Shown: piece after piece, positions 1 through 11,786 of the stretch
Numbering within the stretch: the first letter of the stretch is position 1
Layout: each line of letters starts with the position of its first letter
From: Auanema rhodensis
Taxonomy: Eukaryota > Animalia > Nematoda
DNA length: 64,000 nucleotides
Assembly: GCA_964057225.1 (NCBI GenBank)
Contig: CAXKVF010000077.1
Coordinates: forward strand, 310,001 to 374,000
Direction: 5' to 3'
Program-made: the position numbers and the translations under genes
The notes under the pieces: generated by a model
Told to the model about the DNA's origin: nothing
Seen by the model: only the letters and a program-made list of their open reading frames with translations
Database searches by the model: none

Positions 1-2
1 CA

Positions 3-22
3 TTTAATTAGCATAAATTAAA
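3..22. other. Inverted repeat TTTAATT-(AGCATA)-AATTAAA, present in essentially every monomer
   Basis: 7-bp arms at 3-9 and 16-22 are exact reverse complements, with a 6-nt loop. Confidence 0.9.
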
Positions 23-41
23 GTTCACGTAAATTTCAAAG

Positions 42-56
42 TCATGGTTACCATGA
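42..56. other. Interrupted palindrome TCATGGT-T-ACCATGA (contains BstEII site GGTNACC), one per monomer
   Basis: 7-bp arms around one central base. The A56C variant shortens the arms to 6 bp. Confidence 0.9.
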
Positions 57-134
57 ACCAATATCAATAAAAATTTGTTTTTAGACTAATATGGACATGG
101 GGAATCTAATTTTGAAAACCGCATCTCTTTATCT

Positions 135-144
135 TTCACGTGAA
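135..144. promoter_or_regulatory. Perfect 10-bp palindrome TTCACGTGAA containing E-box/G-box CACGTG (putative bHLH/bZIP site; function unproven)
   Basis: Read directly. CACGTG is the canonical bHLH-ZIP E-box and plant G-box. Binding in this context is not demonstrated. Confidence 0.4.
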
Positions 145-166
145 GCGAGTTACATACCAAGTGCAC

Positions 167-174
167 ATCACGTG
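167..174. promoter_or_regulatory. ATCACGTG, second E-box; exact match to the RTCACRTG (CDEI/Cbf1-type) consensus; function unproven
   Basis: Read directly. Flanked by the 6-bp palindromes GTGCAC (161-166) and TGTACA (173-178). Confidence 0.4.
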
Positions 175-1760
175 TACATTTAATTAGCATAAATTAAAGT
201 TCACGTAAATTTCAAAGTCATGGTTACCATGAACCAATATCAATAAAAATTTGTTTTTAGACTAATATGGACATGGGGAATCTAATTTTAAAAACCGCAT
301 CTCTTTATCTTTCACGTGAAGCGAGTTACATACCAAGTGCACATCACGTGTACATTTAATTAGCATAAATTAAAGTTCACGTAAATTTCAAAGTCATGGT
401 TACCATGAACCAATATCAATAAAAATTTGTTTTTAGACTAATATGGACATGGGGAATCTAATTTTGAAAACCGCATCTCTTTATCTTTCACGTGAAGCGA
501 GTTACATACCAAGTGCACATCACGTGTACATTTAATTAGCATAAATTAAAGTTCACGTAAATTTCAAAGTCATGGTTACCATGAACCAATATCAATAAAA
601 ATTTGTTTTTAGACTAATATGGACATGGGGAATCTAATTTTGAAAACCGCATCTCTTTATCTTTCACGTGAAGCGAGTTACATACCAAGTGCACATCACG
701 TGTACATTTAATTAGCATAAATTAAAGTTCACGTAAATTTCAAAGTCATGGTTACCATGAACCAATATCAATAAAAATTTGTTTTTAGACTAATATGGAC
801 ATGGGGAATCTAATTTTGAAAACCGCATCTCTTTATCTTTCACGTGAAGCGAGTTACATACCAAGTGCACATCACGTGTACATTTAATTAGCATAAATTA
901 AAGTTCACGTAAATTTCAAAGTCATGGTTACCATGAACCAATATCAATGAAAATTTGTTTTTAGACTAATATGGACATGGGGAATCTAATTTTGAAAACC
1001 GCATCTCTTTATCTTTCACGTGAAGCGAGTTACATACCAAGTGCACATCACGTGTACATTTAATTAGCATAAATTAAAGTTCACGTAAATTTCAAAGTCA
1101 TGGTTACCATGAACCAATATCAATAAAAATTTGTTTTTAGACTAATATGGACATGGGGAATCTAATTTTGAAAACCGCATCTCTTTATCTTTCACGTGAA
1201 GCGAGTTACATACCAAGTGCACATCACGTGTACATTTAATTAGCATAAATTAAAGTTCACGTAAATTTCAAAGTCATGGTTACCATGCACCAATATCAAT
1301 AAAAATTTGTTTTTAGACTAATATGGACATGGGGAATCTAATTTTGAAAACCGCATCTCTTTATCTTTCACGTGAAGCGAGTTACATACCAAGTGCACAT
1401 CACGTGTACATTTAATTAGCATAAATTAAAGTTCACGTAAATTTCAAAGTCATGGTTACCATGAACCAATATCAATAAAAATTTGTTTTTAGACTAATAT
1501 GGACATGGGGAATCTAATTTTGAAAACCGCATCTCTTTATCTTTCACGTGAAGCGAGTTACATACCAAGTGCACATCACGTGTACATTTAATTAGCATAA
1601 ATTAAAGTTCACGTAAATTTCAAAGTCATGGTTACCATGAACCAATATCAATAAAAATTTGTTTTTAGACTAATATGGACATGGGGAATCTAATTTTGAA
1701 AACCGCATCTCTTTATCTTTCACGTGAAGCGAGTTACATACCAAGTGCACATCACGTGTA

Positions 1761-4700
1761 CATTTAATTAGCATAAATTAAAGTTCACGTAAATTTCAAA
1801 GTCATGGTTACCATGAACCAATATCAATAAAAATTTGTTTTTAGACTAATATGGACATGGGGAATCTAATTTTGAAAACCGCATCTCTTTATCTTTCACA
1901 TGAAGCGAGTTACATACCAAGTGCACATCACGTGTACATTTAATTAGCATAAATTAAAGTTCACGTAAATTTCAAAGTCATGGTTACCATGCACCAATAT
2001 CAATAAAAATTTGTTTTTAGACTAATATGGACATGGGGAATCTAATTTTAAAAACCGCATCTCTTTATCTTTCACGTGAAGCGAGTTACATACCTAGTGC
2101 ACATCACGTGTACATTTAATTAGCATAAATTAAAGTTCACGTAAATTTCAAAGTCATAGTTACCATGAACCAATATCAATAAAAATTTGTTTTTAGACTA
2201 ATATGGACATGGGGAATCTAATTTTGAAAACCGCATCTCTTTATCTTTCACGTGAAGCGAGTTACATACCAAGTGCACATCACGTGTACATTTAATTAGC
2301 ATAAATTAAAGTTCACGTAAATTTCAAAGTCATGGTTACCATGAAGCAATATCAATAAAAATTTCTTTTAGACTAATATGGACATGGGAAATCTAATTTT
2401 GAAAACCGCATCTCTTTATCTTTCACGTGAAGCGAGTTACATACCAAGTGCACATCACGTGTACATTTAATTAGCATAAATTAAAGTTCACGTAAATTTC
2501 AAAGTCATGGTTACCATGAACCAATATCAATAAAAATTTGTTTTTAGACTAATATGGACATGGGGAATCTAATTTTGAAAACCGCATTTCTTTATCTTTC
2601 ACGTGAAGCGAGTTACATACCAAGTGCACATCACGTGTACATTTAATTAGCATAAATTAAAGTTCACGTAAATTTCAAAGTCATGGTTACCATGCACCAA
2701 TATCAATAAAAATTTGTTTTTAGACTAATATGGACATGGGGAATCTAATTTTGAAAACCGCATCTCTTTATCTTTCACGTGAAGCGAGTTACATACCAAG
2801 TGCACATCACGTGTACATTTAATTAGCATAAATTAAAGTTCACGTAAATTTCAAAGTCATGGTTACCATGAACCAATATCAATAAAAATTTGTTTTTAGA
2901 CTAATATGGACATGGGGAATCTAATTTTGAAAACCGCATCTCTTTATCTTTCACATGAAGCGAGTTACATACCAAGTGCACATCACGTGTACATTTAATT
3001 AGCATAAATTAAAATTCACGTAAATTTCAAAGTCATGGTTACCATGAAGCAATATCAATAAAAATTTGTTTTTAGACTAATATGGACATGGGGAATCTAA
3101 TTTTGAAAACCGCATCTTTTTATCTTTCACGTGAAGCGAGTTACATACCAAGTGCACATCACGTGTACATTTAATTAGCATAAATTAAAGTTCACGTAAA
3201 TTTTAAAGTCATGGTTACCATGAACCAATATCAATAAAAATTTGTTTTTAGACTAATATGGACATGGGGAATCTAATTTTGAAAACCGCATCTCTTTATC
3301 TTTCACGTGAAGCGAGTTACATACCAAGTGCACATCACGTGTACATTTAATTAGCATAAATTAAAGTTCACGTAAATTTCAAAGTCATGGTTACCATGCA
3401 CCAATATCAATAAAAATTTGTTTTTAGACTAATATGGACATGGGGAATCTAATTTTGAGAACAGCATCTCTTCATCTTTCACGTGAAGCGAGTTACATAC
3501 CAAGTGCACATCACGTGTACATTTAATTAGCATAAATTAAAGTTCACGTAAATTTCAAAGTCATAGTTACCATGCACCAATATCAATAAAAATTTGTTTT
3601 TAGACTAATATGGACATGGGGAATCTAATTTTGAAAACCGCATCTCTTTATCTTTCACGTGAAGCGAGTTACATACCAAGTGCACATCACGTGTACATTT
3701 AATTAGCATAAATTAAAGTTCACGTAAATTTCAAAGTCATGGTTACCATGAACCAATATCAATAAAAATTTGTTTTTAGACTAATATGGACATGGGGAAT
3801 CTAATTTTGAAAACCGCATCTCTTTATCTTTCACATGAAGCGAGTTACATACCAAGTGCACATCACGTGTACATTTAATTAGCATAAATTAAAATTCACG
3901 TAAATTTCAAAGTCATGGTTACCATGAAGCAATATCAATAAAAATTTGTTTTTAGACTAATATGGACATGGGGAATCTAATTTTGAAAACCGCATCTTTT
4001 TATCTTTCACGTGAAGCGAGTTACATACCAAGTGCACATCACGTGTACATTTAATTAGCATAAATTAAAGTTCACGTAAATTTCAAAGTCATGGTTACCA
4101 TGAACCAATATCAATAAAAATTTGTTTTTAGACTAATATGGACATGGGGAATCTAATTTTGAAAACCGCATCTCTTTATCTTTCACGTGAAGCGAGTTAC
4201 ATACCAAGTGCACATCACGTGTACATTTAATTAGCATAAATTAAAGTTCACGTAAATTTCAAAGTCATGGTTACCATGCACCAATATCAATAAAAATTTG
4301 TTTTTAGACTAATATGGACATGGGGAATCTAATTTTGAGAACAGCATCTCTTCATCTTTCACGTGAAGCGAGTTACATACCAAGTGCACATCACGTGTAC
4401 ATTTAATTAGCATAAATTAAAGTTCACGTAAATTTCAAAGTCATAGTTACCATGAACCAATATCAATAAAAATTTGTTTTTAGACTAATATGGACATGGG
4501 GAATCTAATTTTGAAAACCGCATCTCTTTATCTTTCACGTGAAGCGAGTTACATACCAAGTGCACATCACGTGTACATTTAATTAGCATAAATTAAAGTT
4601 CACGTAAATTTCAAAGTCATGGTTACCATGAAGCAATATCAATAAAAATTTCTTTTAGACTAATATGGACATGGGAAATCTAATTTTGAAAACCGCATCT

Positions 4701-7700
4701 CTTTATCTTTCACGTGAAGCGAGTTACATACCAAGTGCACATCACGTGTACATTTAATTAGCATAAATTAAAGTTCACGTAAATTTCAAAGTCATGGTTA
4801 CCATGAACCAATATCAATAAAAATTTGTTTTTAGACTAATATGGACATGGGGAATCTAATTTTGAAAACCGCATTTCTTTATCTTACACGTGAAGCGAGT
4901 TACATACCAAGTGCACATCACGTGTACATTTAATTAGCATAAATTAAAGTTCACGTAAATTTCAAAGTCATGGTTACCATGCACCAATATCAATAAAAAT
5001 TTGTTTTTAGACTAATATGGACATGGGGAATCTAATTTTGAAAACCGCATCTCTTTATCTTTCACGTGAAGCGAGTTACATACCAAGTGCACATCACGTG
5101 TACATTTAATTAGCATAAATTAAAGTTCACGTAAATTTCAAAGTCGAGGTTACCATGAAGCAATATCAATAAAAATTTGTTTTTAGACTAATATGGACAT
5201 GGGGGATCTAATTTTGAAAACCGCATCTCTTTATCTTTCACATGAAGCGAGTTACATACCAAGTGCACATCACGTGTACATTTAATTAGCATAAATTAAA
5301 GTTCACGTAAATTTCAAAGTCGAGGTTACCATGAAGCAATATCAATAAAAATTTGTTTTTAGACTAATATGGACATGGGGAATCTAATTTTGAAAACCGC
5401 ATCTTTTTATCTTTCACGTGAAGCGAGTTACATACCAAGTGCACATCACGTGTACATTTAATTAGCATAAATTAAAGTTCACGTAAATTTCAAAGTCATG
5501 GTTACCATGAACCAATATCAATAAAAATTTGTTTTTAGACTAATATGGACATGGGGAATCTAATTTTGAAAACCGCATCTCTTTATCTTTCACGTGAAGC
5601 GAGTTACATACCAAGTGCACATCACGTGTACATTTAATTAGCATAAATTAAAGTTCACGTAAATTTCAAAGTCATGGTTACCATGCACCAATATCAATAA
5701 AAATTTGTTTTTAGACTAATATGGACATGGGGAATCTAATTTTAAAAACCGCATCTCTTTATCTTTCACGTGAAGCGAGTTACATACCTAGTGCACATCA
5801 CGTGTACATTTAATTAGCATAAATTAAAGTTCACGTAAATTTCAAAGTCATAGTTACCATGAACCAATATCAATAAAAATTTGTTTTTAGACTAATATGG
5901 ACATGGGGAATCTAATTTTGAAAACCGCATCTCTTTATCTTTCACGTGAAGCGAGTTACATACCAAGTGCACATCACGTGTACATTTAATTAGCATAAAT
6001 TAAAGTTCACGTAAATTTCAAAGTCATGGTTACCATGAAGCAATATCAATAAAAATTTCTTTTAGACTAATATGGACATGGGAAATCTAATTTTGAAAAC
6101 CGCATCTCTTTATCTTTCACGTGAAGCGAGTTACATACCAAGTGCACATCACGTGTACATTTAATTAGCATAAATTAAAGTTCACGTAAATTTCAAAGTC
6201 ATGGTTACCATGAACCAATATCAATAAAAATTTGTTTTTAGACTAATATGGACATGGGGAATCTAATTTTGAAAACCGCATTTCTTTATCTTTCACGTGA
6301 AGCGAGTTACATACCAAGTGCACATCACGTGTACGTTTAATTAGCATAAATTAAAGTTCACGTAAATTTCAAAGTCATGGTTACCATGCACCAATATCAA
6401 TAAAAATTTGTTTTTAGACTAATATGGACATGGGGAATCTAATTTTGAAAACCGCATCTCTTTATCTTTCACGTGAAGCGAGTTACATACCAAGTGCACA
6501 TCACGTGTACATTTAATTAGCATAAATTAAAGTTCACGTAAATTTCAAAGTCATGGTTACCATGAACCAATATCAATAAAAATTTGTTTTTAGACTAATA
6601 TGGACATGGGGAATCTAATTTTGAAAACCGCATCTCTTTATCTTTCACATGAAGCGAGTTACATACCAAGTGCACATCACGTGTACATTTAATTAGCATA
6701 AATTAAAGTTCACGTAAATTTCAAAGTCATGGTTACCATGAAGCAATATCAATAAAAATTTGTTTTTAGACTAATATGGACATGGGGAATCTAATTTTGA
6801 AAACCGCATCTTTTTATCTTTCACGTGAAGCGAGTTACATACCAAGTGCACATCACGTGTACATTTAATTAGCATAAATTAAAGTTCACGTAAATTTCAA
6901 AGTCATGGTTACCATGAACCAATATCAATAAAAATTTGTTTTTAGACTAATATGGACATGGGGAATCTAATTTTGAAAACCGCATCTCTTTATCTTTCAC
7001 GTGAAGCGAGTTACATACCAAGTGCACATCACGTGTACATTTAATTAGCATAAATTAAAGTTCACGTAAATTTCAAAGTCATGGTTACCATGCACCAATA
7101 TCAATAAAAATTTGTTTTTAGACTAATATGGACATGGGGAATCTAATTTTGAGAACAGCATCTCTTCATCTTTCACGTGAAGCGAGTTACATACCAAGTG
7201 CACATCACGTGTACATTTAATTAGCATAAATTAAAGTTCACGTAAATTTCAAAGTCATAGTTACCATGAACCAATATCAATAAAAATTTGTTTTTAGACT
7301 AATATGGACATGGGGAATCTAATTTTGAAAACCGCATCTCTTTATCTTTCACATGAAGCGAGTTACATACCAAGTGCACATCACGTGTACATTTAATTAG
7401 CATAAATTAAAGTTCACGTAAATTTCAAAGTCGAGGTTACCATGAAGCAATATCAATAAAAATTTGTTTTTAGACTAATATGGACATGGGGAATCTAATT
7501 TTGAAAACCGCATCTTTTTATCTTTCACGTGAAGCGAGTTACATACCAAGTGCACATCACGTGTACATTTAATTAGCATAAATTAAAGTTCACGTAAATT
7601 TCAAAGTCATGGTTACCATGAACCAATATCAATAAAAATTTGTTTTTAGACTAATATGGACATGGGGAATCTAATTTTGAAAACCGCATCTCTTTATCTT

Positions 7701-10700
7701 TCACGTGAAGCGAGTTACATACCAAGTGCACATCACGTGTACATTTAATTAGCATAAATTAAAGTTCACGTAAATTTCAAAGTCATGGTTACCATGCACC
7801 AATATCAATAAAAATTTGTTTTTAGACTAATATGGACATGGGGAATCTAATTTTAAAAACCGCATCTCTTTATCTTTCACGTGAAGCGAGTTACATACCT
7901 AGTGCACATCACGTGTACATTTAATTAGCATAAATTAAAGTTCACGTAAATTTCAAAGTCATAGTTACCATTAACCAATATCAATAAAAATTTGTTTTTA
8001 GACTAATATGGACATGGGGAATCTAATTTTGAAAACCGCATCTCTTTATCTTTCACGTGAAGCGAGTTACATACCAAGTGCACATCACGTGTACATTTAA
8101 TTAGCATAAATTAAAGTTCACGTAAATTTCAAAGTCATGGTTACCATGAAGCAATATCAATAAAAATTTCTTTTAGACTAATATGGACATGGGAAATCTA
8201 ATTTTGAAAACCGCATCTCTTTATCTTTCACGTGAAGCGAGTTACATACCAAGTGCACATCACGTGTACATTTAATTAGCATAAATTAAAGTTCACGTAA
8301 ATTTCAAAGTCATGGTTACCATGAACCAATATCAATAAAAATTTGTTTTTAGACTAATATGGACATGGGGAATCTAATTTTGAAAACCGCATTTCTTTAT
8401 CTTTCACGTGAAGCGAGTTACATACCAAGTGCACATCACGTGTACATTTAATTAGCATAAATTAAAGTTCACGTAAATTTCAAAGTCATGGTTACCATGC
8501 ACCAATATCAATAAAAATTTGTTTTTAGACTAATATGGACATGGGGAATCTAATTTTGAAAACCGCATCTCTTTATCTTTCACGTGAAGCGAGTTACATA
8601 CCAAGTGCACATCACGTGTACATTTAATTAGCATAAATTAAAGTTCACGTAAATTTCAAAGTCATGGTTACCATGAACCAATATCAATAAAAATTTGTTT
8701 TTAGACTAATATGGACATGGGGAATCTAATTTTGAAAACCGCATCTCTTTATCTTTCACATGAAGCGAGTTACATACCAAGTGCACATCACGTGTACATT
8801 TAATTAGCATAAATTAAAGTTCACGTAAATTTCAAAGTCATGGTTACCATGAAGCAATATCAATAAAAATTTGTTTTTAGACTAATATGGACATGGGGAA
8901 TCTAATTTTGAAAACCGCATCTTTTTATCTTTCACGTGAAGCGAGTTACATACCAAGTGCACATCACGTGTACATTTAATTAGCATAAATTAAAGTTCAC
9001 GTAAATTTCAAAGTCATGGTTACCATGAACCAATATCAATAAAAATTTGTTTTTAGACTAATATGGACATGGGGAATCTAATTTTGAAAACCGCATCTCT
9101 TTATCTTTCACGTGAAGCGAGTTACATACCAAGTGCACATCACGTGTACATTTAATTAGCATAAATTAAAGTTCACGTAAATTTCAAAGTCATGGTTACC
9201 ATGCACCAATATCAATAAAAATTTGTTTTTAGACTAATATGGACATGGGGAATCTAATTTTGAGAACAGCATCTCTTCATCTTTCACGTGAAGCGAGTTA
9301 CATACCAAGTGCACATCACGTGTACATTTAATTAGCATAAATTAAAGTTCACGTAAATTTCAAAGTCATAGTTACCATGAACCAATATCAATAAAAATTT
9401 GTTTTTAGACTAATATGGACATGGGGAATCTAATTTTGAAAACCGCATCTCTTTATCTTTCACGTGAAGCGAGTTACATACCAAGTGCACATCACGTGTA
9501 CATTTAATTAGCATAAATTAAAGTTCACGTAAATTTCAAAGTCATGGTTACCATGAAGCAATATCAATAAAAATTTCTTTAAGACTAATATGGACATGGG
9601 AAATCTAATTTTGAAAACCGCATCTCTTTATCTTTCACGTGAAGCGAGTTACATACCAAGTGCACATCACGTGTACATTTAATTAGCATAAATTAAAGTT
9701 CACGTAAATTTCAAAGTCATGGTTACCATGAACCAATATCAATAAAAATTTGTTTTTAGACTAATATGGACATGGGGAATCTAATTTTGAAAACCGCATT
9801 TCTTTATCTTTCACGTGAAGCGAGTTACATACCAAGTGCACATCACGTGTACATTTAATTAGCATAAATTAAAGTTCACGTAAATTTCAAAGTCATGGTT
9901 ACCATGCACCAATATCAATAAAAATTTGTTTTTAGACTAATATGGACATGGGGGATCTAATTTTGAAAACCGCATCTCTTTATCTTTCACGTGAAGCGAG
10001 TTACATACCAAGTGCACATCACGTGTACATTTAATTAGCATAAATTAAAGTTCACGTAAATTTCAAAGTCATGGTTACCATGAACCAATATCAATAAAAA
10101 TTTGTTTTTAGACTAATATGGACATGGGGAATCTAATTTTGAAAACCGCATTTCTTTATCTTTCACGTGAAGCGAGTTACATACCAAGTGCACATCACGT
10201 GTACATTTAATTAGCATAAATTAAAGTTCACGTAAATTTCAAAGTCATGGTTACCATGCACCAATATCAATAAAAATTTGTTTTTAGACTAATATGGACA
10301 TGGGGAATCTAATTTTGAAAACCGCATCTCTTTATCTTTCACGTGAAGCGAGTTACATACCAAGTGCACATCACGTGTACATTTAATTAGCATAAATTAA
10401 AGTTCACGTAAATTTCAAAGTCATGGTTACCATGAACCAATATCAATAAAAATTTGTTTTTAGACTAATATGGACATGGGGAATCTAATTTTGAAAACCG
10501 CATCTCTTTATCTTTCACATGAAGCGAGTTACATACCAAGTGCACATCACGTGTACATTTAATTAGCATAAATTAAAGTTCACGTAAATTTCAAAGTCAT
10601 GGTTACCATGAAGCAATATCAATAAAAATTTGTTTTTAGACTAATATGGACATGGGGAATCTAATTTTGAAAACCGCATCTTTTTATCTTTCACGTGAAG

Positions 10701-11786
10701 CGAGTTACATACCAAGTGCACATCACGTGTACATTTAATTAGCATAAATTAAAGTTCACGTAAATTTCAAAGTCATGGTTACCATGAACCAATATCAATA
10801 AAAATTTGTTTTTAGACTAATATGGACATGGGGAATCTAATTTTGAAAACCGCATCTCTTTATCTTTCACGTGAAGCGAGTTACATACCAAGTGCACATC
10901 ACGTGTACATTTAATTAGCATAAATTAAAGTTCACGTAAATTTCAAAGTCATGGTTACCATGCACCAATATCAATAAAAATTTGTTTTTAGACTAATATG
11001 GACATGGGGAATCTAATTTTGAGAACAGCATCTCTTCATCTTTCACGTGAAGCGAGTTACATACCAAGTGCACATCACGTGTACATTTAATTAGCATAAA
11101 TTAAAGTTCACGTAAATTTCAAAGTCATAGTTACCATGAACCAATATCAATAAAAATTTGTTTTTAGACTAATATGGACATGGGGAATCTAATTTTGAAA
11201 ACCGCATCTCTTTATCTTTCACGTGAAGCGAGTTACATACCAAGTGCACATCACGTGTACATTTAATTAGCATAAATTAAAGTTCACGTAAATTTCAAAG
11301 TCATGGTTACCATGAAGCAATATCAATAAAAATTTCTTTAAGACTAATATGGACATGGGAAATCTAATTTTGAAAACCGCATCTCTTTATCTTTCACGTG
11401 AAGCGAGTTACATACCAAGTGCACATCACGTGTACATTTAATTAGCATAAATTAAAGTTCACGTAAATTTCAAAGTCATGGTTACCATGAACCAATATCA
11501 ATAAAAATTTGTTTTTAGACTAATATGGACATGGGGAATCTAATTTTGAAAACCGCATTTCTTTATCTTTCACGTGAAGCGAGTTACATACCAAGTGCAC
11601 ATCACGTGTACATTTAATTAGCATAAATTAAAGTTCACGTAAATTTCAAAGTCATGGTTACCATGCACCAATATCAATAAAAATTTGTTTTTAGACTAAT
11701 ATGGACATGGGGGATCTAATTTTGAAAACCGCATCTCTTTATCTTTCACGTGAAGCGAGTTACATACCAAGTGCACATCACGTGTA
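1761..11786. repeat. HOR domain A: 8-monomer (1407-bp) higher-order repeat with rearranged copies
   Basis: Recurring monomer order [G140A][C58G,C127T][cons][A56C + (G114A,A159T) or (A116G,C120A,T130C)][G46A][175-bp deletion monomer][C125T][A56C]. Deletion monomers start at 2289, 4576, 5983, 8094, 9501, 11260. Confidence 0.85.

Larger units (their letters stand above)
1..176 (+). repeat. Consensus monomer: CATTTAATTAGCATAAATTAAAGTTCACGTAAATTTCAAAGTCATGGTTACCATGAACCAATATCAATAAAAATTTGTTTTTAGACTAATATGGACATGGGGAATCTAATTTTGAAAACCGCATCTCTTTATCTTTCACGTGAAGCGAGTTACATACCAAGTGCACATCACGTGTA
   Basis: Identical copies at 353, 529, 705, 1057 and many later sites (e.g. 40824-41703). 56/176 G+C = 31.8%. Position 56 is a common A/C dimorphism. 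Confidence 0.97.

Noticed and set aside
66-71. AATAAA polyadenylation signal in each monomer
   Set aside because: Expected by chance at 68% AT, with no associated gene.
1-176. Identity with known satellites of similar size (Brassica CentBr 176, honeybee AluI 176, Arabidopsis CEN178, alpha satellite)
   Set aside because: Only the length matches. The consensus has no HindIII AAGCTT or AluI AGCT site, and I recognise no sequence similarity. A BLAST search is needed for a definitive answer.
1-176. CENP-B box
   Set aside because: No TTCG....A..CGGG pattern on either strand of the consensus.
1-176. Tandem 5S rRNA, tRNA, snRNA or spliced-leader gene array
   Set aside because: No recognisable 5S or tRNA sequence, Pol III A/B boxes or SL exon. 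AATTTTGAA resembles an Sm site and ATTAGCAT an octamer, but such short matches are expected in AT-rich DNA.
167-275. Budding-yeast point centromere layout (ATCACGTG, 77-bp gap, then TGTTTTT resembling the start of CDEIII)
   Set aside because: The spacing is suggestive, but the gap is only ~77% AT rather than >90%. The essential CDEIII TTCCGAA core is absent (TGTTTTTAGACTAAT), and point centromeres are not tandemly arrayed.
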